A DNA stretch of 64,000 nucleotides from an uncultured Alphaproteobacteria bacterium (GCA_902464275.1 CABQIK010000004.1:18479-82478), one strand, 5' to 3'. Positions 39,074 to 48,961 are shown, counted from the stretch's first letter. Notes: a model not told the origin generated them from the sequence alone. A program made the numbers and translations.

Positions 39074-41467
39074 TTAATTTCTTAATTCACCGCCGGTTTT
39101 TTTGCCGACTTCGTTAATAACTTTATTCATCAGATTTTCAATATCTTTATCGGTAAAGGTTTGCTCTTTGGGTTGGAAAGTAACGCTCAAAGCCACCGAT
39201 TTTTTATCAGCCGGAAGATTTTCGCCTTCGTAAATATCAAAAATCCGCACATCGCTGATATAATTGCGATCGGCATTTTTAGCCGCGGCTAAAATATTGG
39301 CGGCGGTAACGTCTTTGTTGACCACAAATGCCAAATCTTTATCTACCGGTTGAAATTGCGAAAGTTCCAATTTCTTTTTGGCTTTGTCATGACCGCCGCG
39401 CGGCAGCGGAATGTTATCAAGATATACTTCAAACGCCATAACACGGCCTTTTAAGCCTAATTTTTTGGTAACGGCAGGATGCAATTCGCCAAAGTATGCC
39501 AAAACATTTTTGCCCAAACGCAAAGCGCCGCTGCGTCCGGGGTGATAATAAGCCGGAGCGTCGGTAGTAATCTGCGGGTTTTCAAACGGGCCTTTGGCGG
39601 CGGCAATAGCGGCAATCGCGTCGGCTTTAACATCAAACACATCAAAGCTGCGAGAAGCGCCTGACCAATCTTTTTTACCGGTTAAGCCTATTCTGATACC
39701 GGCGGCAACCGTCATTTGCTCGTTGGGGTGACGACCGAAAAATTCAGGTCCGACCTCAAAAATTGACATATTGCCATAGCCGCGGGCAATGTTGTTTTTG
39801 GCGCCGAGCAACAGGTTGGGCAGTAACGACGGGCGCATTTCATTTAAATCGGCCGCAATCGGGTTTTGTAGCAAAATTTGCTCCGGCTGATTGTTTTTGT
39901 GGAAGTTGCCGGCAATTTCCGAATCGGTAAAGCTCCAAGTTACGGTTTCATACATGCCGCGCGAGGCAAGCTCATGTTTAACGGTAACGATGTTCATTTG
40001 CCGCGGAGTTAAAACCTGTTTGGGGAATTTGTCATGCGGCAGGCTTTCCGCCGGAATTTCATCAAGCCCAATCATGCGGACGACTTCTTCAACCAAATCA
40101 TGCTCGCCTTCAATATCGCCGCGCCAGGTTGGCGAAACGGCTTTAATTTTATCGCCTTCGTTTGAGGTTTTGAAACCGAGATGATTTAAAATTTCAGTGA
40201 TTTTTTCAGCGGAAACATCAAGTCCGATAAAGTTTTTAAGCCGTGACGGACGGATATAAGCAACCCGCTCTTTAACATCTTCAGAGCCGCAAATTTCAAT
40301 TTCAGAAGCTTCGCCGCCGCAAATATTCAAAATCATCTGCGTGGCGTAATCAGAACCGGAAATGTTGGACTTGGGGTCAACCCAACGTTCATAGCGGTAG
40401 CGCGAATCGGACTCAATGGCAAATTTACGTCCGGTACGGGCAATACATTCCGGCTTGAACAATGCGCATTCCAAAAACACGTTGGTGGTTTCGGGCGAGC
40501 AGCCTTTTTCGGCGCCGCCCATAATGCCGCCCAAGCATTGAATGCCGGCGTCGTCGCAAATGCCTAATGACTGATTGTCAAGGGCGTATTCTTTTTCTTC
40601 CAATGAGGTGAATTTTTCGCCGTCATGGCACATTCTGACCGTGATATTGCCGCAGAGTTTGTCGGCGTCAAAAACGTGCAGCGGGCGCGCCAAATCATAA
40701 TTGATGTAGTTGGTAATATCTACAAGCGGCGAAATGGAGCGCAAGCCGATGGCGGTTAAGCGGTCTTTCATCCATTTAGGAGTTTGCGCCTTGTTGTTTA
40801 CGCCTTTAATGTAACGTCCGGTATAAGTCGGGCAGGCGTCAGGGCATTCAACCTTAACGGAAACGGGGCTTTTATACGAGCCTTTAACTTCATGAATTTT
40901 AAGCGGTTTTAAGGTGCCTAATCCGGCGGCCGCCAAATCACGCGCAATGCCGCGCACGCCTAAACATTCGGCGCGGTTAGGGGTGATTGAAACTTCAATA
41001 ACCGGATCAATGTTAAGAACTTGCTCGGCCGGCAACCCCAAAGCAGTGTTAGCCGGAAGTTCAATAATTCCGGTATGGTCTTCGCCAACGCCGAGTTCTT
41101 TTTCGGAGCACATCATGCCAAAGCTCTCGGTGCCGCGGATTTTGCCGACTTTTAAAACTTCGTTGTAGCACGGAATTAATGTTCCGACCGGCGCAAAAAT
41201 GCCGATTAAACCTTCTTTCATGTTAGGAGCGCCGCAAACTACCTGCAATTTTTCAGAGCCGGTGTTGACGGTTAATACATGCAGGTGGTCAGAATCAGGG
41301 TGCATAGTAACGTTTTCAGCGCGGGCGGTAATAAATCCGCGCAAGTTTTCTGCCGGATTGATAACTTCTTCAACCTCAAGTCCGATTTTGGTTAAGGTTT
41401 CGGCAATGGTGTTGACATCGGCAGCGGTGTCAAGATGCTCTTTGAGCCATGATAAAGTAAATTTCAT
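39074..41467 (-). CDS. pheT: phenylalanyl-tRNA synthetase beta subunit
   Basis: 797 aa; tRNA-binding, B3/B4, B5 and FDX-ACB region pattern; overlaps pheS by 4 nt. Confidence 0.9.
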   Translation of the reverse strand: MKFTLSWLKEHLDTAADVNTIAETLTKIGLEVEEVINPAENLRGFITARAENVTMHPDSDHLHVLTVNTGSEKLQVVCGAPNMKEGLIGIFAPVGTLIPCYNEVLKVGKIRGTESFGMMCSEKELGVGEDHTGIIELPANTALGLPAEQVLNIDPVIEVSITPNRAECLGVRGIARDLAAAGLGTLKPLKIHEVKGSYKSPVSVKVECPDACPTYTGRYIKGVNNKAQTPKWMKDRLTAIGLRSISPLVDITNYINYDLARPLHVFDADKLCGNITVRMCHDGEKFTSLEEKEYALDNQSLGICDDAGIQCLGGIMGGAEKGCSPETTNVFLECALFKPECIARTGRKFAIESDSRYRYERWVDPKSNISGSDYATQMILNICGGEASEIEICGSEDVKERVAYIRPSRLKNFIGLDVSAEKITEILNHLGFKTSNEGDKIKAVSPTWRGDIEGEHDLVEEVVRMIGLDEIPAESLPHDKFPKQVLTPRQMNIVTVKHELASRGMYETVTWSFTDSEIAGNFHKNNQPEQILLQNPIAADLNEMRPSLLPNLLLGAKNNIARGYGNMSIFEVGPEFFGRHPNEQMTVAAGIRIGLTGKKDWSGASRSFDVFDVKADAIAAIAAAKGPFENPQITTDAPAYYHPGRSGALRLGKNVLAYFGELHPAVTKKLGLKGRVMAFEVYLDNIPLPRGGHDKAKKKLELSQFQPVDKDLAFVVNKDVTAANILAAAKNADRNYISDVRIFDIYEGENLPADKKSVALSVTFQPKEQTFTDKDIENLMNKVINEVGKKTGGELRN

Positions 41468-42573
41468 CGTGTTAATCCTCCGTTATTGCTTAATCCGCCG
41501 GTCATAGATGAAAAGTCAAGCGGCGCAAAACCATAATTTTTTAACCAACGAACGTCAGATTCAAAAAACGTGCGTAAATCCGGAATGCCGTATTTGAGCA
41601 TGGCTAAGCGGTCAATGCCCACGCCGAACGCGAATCCCTGATATTCATCAGGGTCAATGCCGCCGGCTTTTAACACATTGGGGTGAACCATGCCGCAGCC
41701 CAAAATTTCAAGCCAATCATTGCCGGCGCCGATTTTAAGCTCGTTTTTGGTTTTTAAGCAACCGATGTCAAGCTCGGCGGAGGGCTCGGTAAACGGAAAG
41801 TATGACGGGCGGTAACGCACCGGAATTTCATCAAGTTCAAAAAAGGCTTTAACAAAGTCATACAAGCAGCCTTTTAAGTTGGCCATGGTGGTGGTTTTAT
41901 CAATAACCAAGCCTTCTACCTGATGAAACATCGGGGTGTGAGTGGCGTCATAGTCGGAACGATATGTGCGCCCCGGAGCAATAATGCGAATCGGCGGTTT
42001 TTTGTTTTCCATGGTGCGAATTTGCATGCCGGAAGTGTGCGTGCGGATAACATACGATTTATCCATATCAAACGCTTCATCGGCATCGTGCGGAAGATAG
42101 AAAGTATCCTGCATTTGGCGGGCAGGGTGGTTAGCCGGCATATTAAGCGCGTTAAAGTTATGAAACTGGTCTTCAATATCCGGACCTTCAGCCACTTCAA
42201 AACCCATTTGACCGAAAATAGCGACAACTTCTTCATAAATTTTGGAAACAGGGTGAATACGTCCCTGAACTTCAGGGCGAATCGGTAGCGTGACGTCAAT
42301 TTTTTCAGCCGCGAGCTTTTGGTTTAATTCGGCGGTTGCCAAAATTTCTTTGCGGGCAGTTAACGCCGTTTCAACTTCGCTTTTTAAAATGTTAATTTTT
42401 TTACCGAAATCAGCTTTTTCTGCCGGAGATAAAGCTCCCAATCCTTTTAATTTTTCGGTAATAGTACCTTTTTTGCCCATGGCGGAAACTCTGACTTCGT
42501 CTAATGATTTAATGTCTTGAGCCTCGTTGATGCTGCGCAAAATTTGTGTTTTCAGACTTTCTAAATCTTCCAT
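41464..42573 (-). CDS. pheS: phenylalanyl-tRNA synthetase alpha subunit
   Basis: 369 aa; class II motifs (FRPSYFPFTEPSAE). Confidence 0.9.
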   Translation of the reverse strand: MEDLESLKTQILRSINEAQDIKSLDEVRVSAMGKKGTITEKLKGLGALSPAEKADFGKKINILKSEVETALTARKEILATAELNQKLAAEKIDVTLPIRPEVQGRIHPVSKIYEEVVAIFGQMGFEVAEGPDIEDQFHNFNALNMPANHPARQMQDTFYLPHDADEAFDMDKSYVIRTHTSGMQIRTMENKKPPIRIIAPGRTYRSDYDATHTPMFHQVEGLVIDKTTTMANLKGCLYDFVKAFFELDEIPVRYRPSYFPFTEPSAELDIGCLKTKNELKIGAGNDWLEILGCGMVHPNVLKAGGIDPDEYQGFAFGVGIDRLAMLKYGIPDLRTFFESDVRWLKNYGFAPLDFSSMTGGLSNNGGLTR

Positions 42574-42661
42574 TATTTTAACCTTTATACGTAAAAAGAG
42601 CCGACTTGGATTGCCAAGAGAGCTCTTTTACTTAGTTTTTATGATATTACTGTATCTGTGC

Positions 42662-43021
42662 TTATTTTTTAAGAGCCGCTTTGGCAGAATCTACCAGTTT
42701 AGCAAAAGCTTGGGGCTCTTTCAAAGCGATATCAGCGAGAACTTTACGGTCAAGTTCAATGCCGGCTTTAACGAGCCCGCTGATAAATCGGGAATAAGTC
42801 ATATCATGCAGACGGGTTGCGGCATTAATACGCTGAATCCACAACGCGCGGAAACTTCTTTTCTTTGCGCGGCGGTCGCGGTAAGCATATTGCAAACCTT
42901 TTTCAACTTTTTCAACAGCAACTCTGAATACATTTTTATTACGACCGGTGTAACCTTTAGCCATACCAAGAATTTTCTTGTGGCGAGCATGAGCGGTCAT
43001 ACCTCTTTTAACGCGTGACAT
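42662..43021 (-). CDS. rplT: 50S ribosomal protein L20
   Basis: 119 aa, [15 protein letters not shown]…. Confidence 0.9.
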   Translation of the reverse strand: MSRVKRGMTAHARHKKILGMAKGYTGRNKNVFRVAVEKVEKGLQYAYRDRRAKKRSFRALWIQRINAATRLHDMTYSRFISGLVKAGIELDRKVLADIALKEPQAFAKLVDSAKAALKK

Positions 43022-43034
43022 ATCTTAATCCTCC

Positions 43035-43232
43035 TTACAAATACGGTAAAAACTTTTTGACAATCTGAACATCAACTTCGTTTAACAAAACGGAGCCGCG
43101 AGCCTGTCTTTTCATTTTCTGAGATTTGCAGAAGAGGCAGTGTCTCTTAAACGCATAATTTCTTTTAATTTTGCCGGTTCCGGTAACGCTGAAGCGTTTC
43201 TTGGCGGCACTTTTTGATTTTAATTTAGGCAT
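43035..43232 (-). CDS. rpmI: 50S ribosomal protein L35
   Basis: 65 aa, MPKLKSKSAAKKRF…. Confidence 0.85.
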   Translation of the reverse strand: MPKLKSKSAAKKRFSVTGTGKIKRNYAFKRHCLFCKSQKMKRQARGSVLLNEVDVQIVKKFLPYL

Positions 43233-43374
43233 TTCAAAATCCTTTCTAAAAGTGGATTAATATTTAAGCGGTCAGGCATGCCAATCAGCCCGAGCCACTC
43301 GTTCAAAGCAAGTTTATACTCTTTTGCGTTTTAAAATGCAAGCAAAATTTTGGCACTTGCGGCAACTGGCGGGT

Positions 43375-44436
43375 TTATTTTTTAAACAGTAAATTAGTGT
43401 TAAAATAATCAATGCCCATGGCCGATTTTACTTCATGCAAAGTGTTTGAGGCGGTTTCACGCGCTTTTACGCTTCCGTTTTGCAGCATGTTGAAAATTTC
43501 GCCGATGTCGGAGGCCAGTTGTTCACGCTTTTCGCGAATCGGTTTCAATTCGTTTTGCAAAATTTCATTCAAAAAACGCTTAACCACGCTGTCGCCCAAG
43601 CCGCCTTTTTGGTAATGAGCCTTTAATTCCGCCAAATTTTGATAAGCAGGCAGAAAAGCGGCAAAATGTTCGTCTTTGCAAAAAGCGTCAAGATAAATAA
43701 ACACCGGATTATTTTCAGTGTGGCCGGGGTCTTCAACCCGCAAGTGGGTGGGGTCGGTAAACATACTCTGCACTTTTTTCTTAATATCATTTGACGAATC
43801 GGAAAGATAAATGCAGTTGCCTAATGATTTGCTCATTTTGGCGGCGCCGTCAAGCCCCGGAAGGCGCGAGCAGATGCTGCTTTCAGGCAAAACCGCGGTC
43901 GGTTCAACCAAAACCGGACGGTAAACGGTGTTAAACGAGCGCACAATTTCGCGGGTTTGTTCAATCATCGGCAGTTGATCTTCGCCTACCGGAACAAGAT
44001 TTGCCTTAAAAGCCGTGATGTCGGCAGCCTGACTAATCGGGTAGGTTAAAAATCCGACCGGAATGCTTTGCTTAAAGCCGCGCAGATGAATTTCATTTTT
44101 AACCGTCGGATTGCGCTGCAGGCGAGATAAGGTTACCAAATTCATGTAGTAGAATGAAAGCTCGCACAGCTCCGGAATTTGCGACTGAATGAAGATGGTT
44201 GACTTTTGAGGGTCAAGCCCGCAAGCCAAATAGTCAAGCGCAACTTCTGAAATGTTGGTGCGAACTTTATTAATGTCATCGGCGTTGTCGGTTAAAGCCT
44301 GAGCATCGGCAATCATAATGTAAATATTGTGATATTTGCCGCTGTTTTGCATTTCAACGCGGCGCTTTAATGAGCCGACATAGTGCCCTAAATGTAATTT
44401 TCCGGTGGGTCTGTCACCCGTTAAAATCGTGTCCAT
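43375..44436 (-). CDS. trpS: tryptophanyl-tRNA synthetase
   Basis: 353 aa; HIGH-type LHLGHY and KMSKS motifs; TrpRS-like length. Confidence 0.75.
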   Translation of the reverse strand: MDTILTGDRPTGKLHLGHYVGSLKRRVEMQNSGKYHNIYIMIADAQALTDNADDINKVRTNISEVALDYLACGLDPQKSTIFIQSQIPELCELSFYYMNLVTLSRLQRNPTVKNEIHLRGFKQSIPVGFLTYPISQAADITAFKANLVPVGEDQLPMIEQTREIVRSFNTVYRPVLVEPTAVLPESSICSRLPGLDGAAKMSKSLGNCIYLSDSSNDIKKKVQSMFTDPTHLRVEDPGHTENNPVFIYLDAFCKDEHFAAFLPAYQNLAELKAHYQKGGLGDSVVKRFLNEILQNELKPIREKREQLASDIGEIFNMLQNGSVKARETASNTLHEVKSAMGIDYFNTNLLFKK

Positions 44437-44519
44437 AATTAAACTCCTTATTTATTCTTTCAATTAAACCAAAGGTTACGGCTTGTCAAGGTTATCTTAT
44501 GATTATGGAAGTTTGTGTA

Positions 44520-44548
44520 TTGACAGATTTGACAAATAATTGTATAAT
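44520..44548 (+). promoter_or_regulatory. perfect consensus sigma-70 promoter (TTGACA-17-TATAAT) facing the 4-gene insert
   Basis: ttgaca at 44520-44525, 17-nt spacer, tataat at 44543-44548; about 200 nt upstream of ORF 44755. Confidence 0.5.
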
Positions 44549-44754
44549 TACCTTGTTTACTTAAAAATATGTTCATTATTATGTTGAAAATTCGGTTGGT
44601 TTTAGGTTGTCAGCTTAAAAACAGTCAGAAAATGCAGCAGAAAATGAAAATTTTGCGGTGAGCAATCGTTATTGTGGCACATTCTGCCATCTCCCTTTGA
44701 CGGTTTACTTTATTTGGTCTATCTGGAGAGTAGACGCCATTAACATTATTTCTT

Positions 44755-45774
44755 ATGGCAAAAATTTTCAGTTTTTTGGGAAGCCTCTTAGAGGGACTTC
44801 TTATGGTTGTTGTTTTTTACAACCCGGTGTCGTTTCTTGTTTGGAGTTTTGTTGCTCCGAAAAAAGCCGCCGCGATCATGGTCACCAAAGACGATGACTC
44901 AAAGGTTATGCGCTTTTTGAGCAATCTTCACAAGCCGTTGACTCATCTGTATCCGATGTACATCAAAAAGCACTTCATGAAAGCTTTGGGGATGAGGAAT
45001 TATTCCGCCAACGCTCAGGTGAAAGCTTTTAGAGCTTTGAACGAATCGGACGTTCCTGCAAAAGCGGTTAAGCTTGTTGAACAAATGAGCGATGTTGCCG
45101 TTTCCAAGCTTTGGGATGACAACATGTTGCGGCATAGGAGTTACAATCCGGTGATTACCTATGCGGTTACTGAGTCGGGAAAGTCGTTGATGACTCGTCA
45201 GCTCAAAGTGTTGTTTGAGAGGGAGGATTATGATAGTTTTGGCAACTATGCCAAGAATCATACTCTGAGCAAAGCAGCATTAGAGTTGCTCATTGAGCGG
45301 ATGGAGCAAAAGTCAGAGCAAAAGTCAGAAGACAAAGAGTCTTTTGATAAGTTGCAAGACGTTCTGTTCAGCCAGATTGAAAAGAACGGCCTTCCTGCAA
45401 ACTTGGTGGAGAAAGCAGTAAAAGCTTGCGGGCAGAATCAGCTGGCGATTACAAAATCTTTTGAAGTCTTCCGCCAGAAAACCTTGGTTCTGTCAAGGGA
45501 CTATAAGGCGTTTTCAGAACTTGTAAAATACAAAAAACTGGCGCCGTCTGTGGAAGCGTTGATGGACAGAGAACAGTACAACAGCTATCTGGAAGCAGGC
45601 AACCATCTTAGTGACGAAGCAATTCGTGAATTTATAGCTCGCGAAAATATGGCAATATGCGATCTTATATTTAAGAACGAAAAGCTTTCAGCGGTGGCTG
45701 TTTTAATGGCTGAAGCCAATCCGAAATTTGCGCTGAAGCTTCCGGCCGGAATTAGTCTGATTTCAAAATGTTAA
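44755..45774 (+). CDS. hypothetical membrane-anchored alpha-helical protein (insert gene 1)
   Basis: 339 aa; N-terminal hydrophobic hairpin (FSFLGSLLEGLLMVVVFY / VSFLVWSFVAP); helical remainder with a KSEQKSEQKSEDKE linker. No SD. Codon usage differs from flanking genes (ctt/ctc/agg/tca enriched, NCG depleted). Confidence 0.5.
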   Translation: MAKIFSFLGSLLEGLLMVVVFYNPVSFLVWSFVAPKKAAAIMVTKDDDSKVMRFLSNLHKPLTHLYPMYIKKHFMKALGMRNYSANAQVKAFRALNESDVPAKAVKLVEQMSDVAVSKLWDDNMLRHRSYNPVITYAVTESGKSLMTRQLKVLFEREDYDSFGNYAKNHTLSKAALELLIERMEQKSEQKSEDKESFDKLQDVLFSQIEKNGLPANLVEKAVKACGQNQLAITKSFEVFRQKTLVLSRDYKAFSELVKYKKLAPSVEALMDREQYNSYLEAGNHLSDEAIREFIARENMAICDLIFKNEKLSAVAVLMAEANPKFALKLPAGISLISKC

Positions 45775-45778
45775 GGAT

Positions 45779-46315
45779 ATGACGAATTTTGAAATTATGC
45801 TGGGCGGACTCTCGTTAGTCTTGTTCGGCGGAGCCTTCACCTTGCTGTTGTGGGGTGATTTTCAAAAGGCCAAGACTTTTAAAATCGTTCTGATTCTGCT
45901 CATGGCTGTCAGCTCGGTTGGCGCGGTTTACGCCATATACAGCCAACTGAAACTTGCTGCGCAAATAGCAGAGAAGTATGTGATTGTCGCATTAGAAAAC
46001 GAATATTCTACGGTGAATGAAACCGATGTGTTCGGAATTGATGCTGATTCTTACACCATTCTGCCTACCGGTAACAAGCTTTTGAAGAAAACCTTGTACG
46101 GGAATTTGGAGTGGAGAGATACTTCTTTTGTGCAGCAAATTGACTCATCAGGTAACAGCAAAACAATTTGTTTTGTAAAAACGCGAGTCAAAAGAGTTAA
46201 ACTCGGCAGCGCAGAAGCGACAAGACCGAATCAACCCGGCGCAGAAATAAAAGTAAAGTGCCGGTATAAAGTCGGGGATACGGTAAAGGTCCGCGGTGAC
46301 CGCATCATTCCTTGA
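45779..46315 (+). CDS. hypothetical 2-TM protein with beta-rich C-terminal domain (insert gene 2)
   Basis: 178 aa; TM hairpin then a soluble domain ending in RYKVGDTVKVRGDRIIP; 4 nt after gene 1. Confidence 0.5.
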   Translation: MTNFEIMLGGLSLVLFGGAFTLLLWGDFQKAKTFKIVLILLMAVSSVGAVYAIYSQLKLAAQIAEKYVIVALENEYSTVNETDVFGIDADSYTILPTGNKLLKKTLYGNLEWRDTSFVQQIDSSGNSKTICFVKTRVKRVKLGSAEATRPNQPGAEIKVKCRYKVGDTVKVRGDRIIP

Positions 46316-46328
46316 TTTTAGTTCTTAT

Positions 46329-46358
46329 AAAAAAACTCCTCGTTTGAGGAGTTTTTTT
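46329..46358 (+). terminator. intrinsic terminator inside the insert
   Basis: aaaaactcctcg tttg aggagttttttt. Confidence 0.6.
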
Positions 46359-46425
46359 AATGCCCTCTTGATTTATTTAAAAGTTCTCGTTATAAGGTAA
46401 TCAGAAACTCAAATTTTTATGATAT

Positions 46426-47031
46426 ATGTATGAATTTTTAAAAATTATGATGGTTGTTTGCGAAATCGCGATGATCATCGGTTTTGTGTTTTTTGTTGCT
46501 TTCCAAGCTTATTTTTGGAGCGACAGAGATCATGCTAAAACCTTTTTTATGTTTGCGCTGTACTCATTGCTTGGCGTGAGTATTTGCGGATGGTTTATTC
46601 ATGGCTGCGCGCTTAATGCAAAAGCTATTGTTTCTGCGGTTGCGGTATTGCTGATTATGGCTCAATTTTGCTTTTTTAAGGAGCGGTGGCAAGAATTTTA
46701 TGCCAGAGAGCGGTCACCGTTTAAAAAGCTGAAGAAAGCTCTTATTTTTACAATTTTAGTATTGATATTGGGCTTTTCAGGTGCTTACGGTTACTGCAAA
46801 AAGCAAAAAGCTGATTATCAACGCGCGCATGCAGATATGTATGTGGTTGTCGGCTTTGGAATAAGAGCCGCAGATGATGGCATGAGCTCAGTATATGATA
46901 CTGATGAAGACCATTTGTTTGTGGCAATCAGACCCGTAGACTGCTATAAAGCAAAACCGAGAGTGTTGATATCAAGAAAATATCATCTCGGGGATACAGT
47001 ACTGATGTTTCACAATAAACCGGTGTCGTAA
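46426..47031 (+). CDS. hypothetical 4-TM protein (insert gene 3)
   Basis: 201 aa; 4 predicted TM helices; C-terminal about 60-aa domain ending in KYHLGDTVLMFHNKPVS; non-host codon usage; no SD. Confidence 0.5.
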   Translation: MYEFLKIMMVVCEIAMIIGFVFFVAFQAYFWSDRDHAKTFFMFALYSLLGVSICGWFIHGCALNAKAIVSAVAVLLIMAQFCFFKERWQEFYARERSPFKKLKKALIFTILVLILGFSGAYGYCKKQKADYQRAHADMYVVVGFGIRAADDGMSSVYDTDEDHLFVAIRPVDCYKAKPRVLISRKYHLGDTVLMFHNKPVS

Positions 47032-47579
47032 TGTATGTATCAGCGCTTGCAGGCATGATTATTTGCGGAACGTTTTTGTTGCTCGCCTTTATATTTTATG
47101 TACGCGCGCAATGGGTGTTTTGGTTTTATTACGGAGAAGAGCTGTATTGGTTAGTAGGTTTTATTATGGTGCTTTTGTTCAGCGCCTCCTATGCCGATAT
47201 GCTTTTTCCGCTTGATGGAACTGATTTGCTAAGCTCCGCTTTGATTTTTGTGTTTGTTTCCGCCGCGCAATATGTGTGCGGTCAGGTACGATTAGAGGAA
47301 ATGCGCAATACGCCTCCGTGGTGTTGGGAGCATTATGCCAAAAAATTTATGCCGCTGTTTATTGTTGCCGTTGTTGCGTTGCGCTTTGCTTTTGCCGGAT
47401 GTTTGGAGTATCGGGAAAATTATCGTTGGAATCATGCCGAATCGGTTGATGAAAATTCGGAAGTAAAGATTTTTAACGGTAGGCAAATCAAGCAACCGGT
47501 TTCAAAGTTTAAGCTCGGGTATCAGGAAATTACCTCAGCGGTTGAACGCGAAAAACAACGTAAAACTAAAAAGAAGTGA
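47031..47579 (+). CDS. hypothetical 4-TM protein, paralog of gene 3 (insert gene 4)
   Basis: 182 aa; same 4-TM topology and similar N-terminal region (FVAFQAYFW vs FYVRAQWVFW); start overlaps the previous stop (TAATG); codon usage closer to the host. Confidence 0.5.
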   Translation: MYVSALAGMIICGTFLLLAFIFYVRAQWVFWFYYGEELYWLVGFIMVLLFSASYADMLFPLDGTDLLSSALIFVFVSAAQYVCGQVRLEEMRNTPPWCWEHYAKKFMPLFIVAVVALRFAFAGCLEYRENYRWNHAESVDENSEVKIFNGRQIKQPVSKFKLGYQEITSAVEREKQRKTKKK

Positions 47580-47613
47580 AAAAGACGCCTTTATTTATAA
47601 AGGCGTCTTTTGC
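47580..47613. terminator. bidirectional intrinsic terminator between insert gene 4 and der
   Basis: aaaagacgccttta…taaaggcgtctttt. Confidence 0.6.
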
Positions 47614-47614
47614 T

Positions 47615-48961
47615 TTATTCGGCGTACGGATTGTCTGATTTGCGGACGGTAACGCGTACCGGAACACCGCCTAAATTGAAAGTTTCGCGCAGGCTGTTAA
47701 CCAAATAGCGCAAATACGAATCGGGCAAACCTTCCGGATTACTTGAAAAAATGTAAAATGAAGGCGGACGTGTTTTGGCCTGAGTAATGTATTTTAACTT
47801 AATCCGCCGTTTGTTTTTGCCTAAAGGCGGAGTGTTTTGTTCCTGTACGTCAGAAAACCATTTGTTTAGCGGCGCAGTCGGGATACGAGTGTTCCAACGG
47901 TCATAAACCTTAAACACCGCGCTCATTAATTTATCTAACCCCTCGTTTTTAAGGGCAGAAATAGTAACAGTCGGCACGCCGGTGATTTGGGTTAAAGAGG
48001 TTTGCAGTTTGTCGTTTAATTTTTGCAAAGCCTCAGAACGTTTGGCAATGTCCCATTTATTAACGGCAATTACCAGAGCGCGACCCTCGTCAATTACCTG
48101 GCGGGCAATGGTTAAATCCTGCTTGTCTAAAACCGCGTTGGCGTCAAGTACCAAAACTACAACCTGCGCCATGAAAGCGGCATGCTTGGTGCTGGCCGCC
48201 GACATTTTTTCAAGCGAATCGGTAATTTTGGATTGGCGGCGCAAACCGGCGGTATCAACCAAATTAACTTTGCGTCCTTTCCACTGCCATTCTGAAGTTA
48301 TGGCGTCGCGGGTGATGCCTGCTTCCGGGCCGGTGAGCATACGTTCATCATGCAACAAAGCATTTACCAAGGTTGACTTGCCAACGTTAGGACGTCCGAC
48401 AATGGCAAGCTGTATGGGTTTTTCGTACTCCGGTTCCGCATCCGGTTTATTTTCAGGTTCAGGAGCTGCGGTAACGGCAATTTCACTTAACGCCGTGTAT
48501 AAATCTTCAAGACCTAATCCATGCTCGGCCGAAAAAGGAATCGGCTGTCCCAAGCCTAGTTTATAAGCCTCAAAAATGTTGTCTTCCTGAGCTTTGCCCT
48601 CACATTTATTGGCAAGCAAAATTACCGGTTTATGGCTTTGTCTGACCAGGGCGGCAAAAGTTTCATCATACGGGTGCAGACCGGCGCGGGCGTCAAACAT
48701 AAAAAGGCAAACATCAGCCTCACTGATGGCGCGTTTGGTTTGGGCAAGCATGCGTTGCTCAATGCTGTTTTCTTTGGCGTCTTCAAATCCGGCGGTATCT
48801 GTTAAACACAAGTCAAGATTTTTGAAGCGAACAACCGCTTTTTTACGATCACGCGTAACCCCCGGCTTGTCATGCACAATCGCAAGTTTTCTGCCGGCTA
48901 AGCGATTAAACAGCGTTGATTTTCCTACGTTTGGTCTGCCGATCACTGCCACTTTTAACAT
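47615..48961 (-). CDS. der: ribosome-associated GTPase Der/EngA
   Basis: Two tandem G domains (GRPNVGKST twice) plus a KH-like C-terminus. Confidence 0.9.
   Translation of the reverse strand: MLKVAVIGRPNVGKSTLFNRLAGRKLAIVHDKPGVTRDRKKAVVRFKNLDLCLTDTAGFEDAKENSIEQRMLAQTKRAISEADVCLFMFDARAGLHPYDETFAALVRQSHKPVILLANKCEGKAQEDNIFEAYKLGLGQPIPFSAEHGLGLEDLYTALSEIAVTAAPEPENKPDAEPEYEKPIQLAIVGRPNVGKSTLVNALLHDERMLTGPEAGITRDAITSEWQWKGRKVNLVDTAGLRRQSKITDSLEKMSAASTKHAAFMAQVVVLVLDANAVLDKQDLTIARQVIDEGRALVIAVNKWDIAKRSEALQKLNDKLQTSLTQITGVPTVTISALKNEGLDKLMSAVFKVYDRWNTRIPTAPLNKWFSDVQEQNTPPLGKNKRRIKLKYITQAKTRPPSFYIFSSNPEGLPDSYLRYLVNSLRETFNLGGVPVRVTVRKSDNPYAE

Noticed and set aside
44569-44661. 30-codon ORF MFIIMLKIRLVLGCQLKNSQKMQQKMKILR in the insert leader
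   Set aside because: No SD; AT-rich basic composition. It could be an upstream regulatory ORF, but there is no support for it; mentioned only under the promoter finding.
44658-44897. 79-aa ORF overlapping the start of insert gene 1
   Set aside because: It is in a different frame from the much longer membrane-protein ORF, is Cys/Arg-rich, and has no SD.
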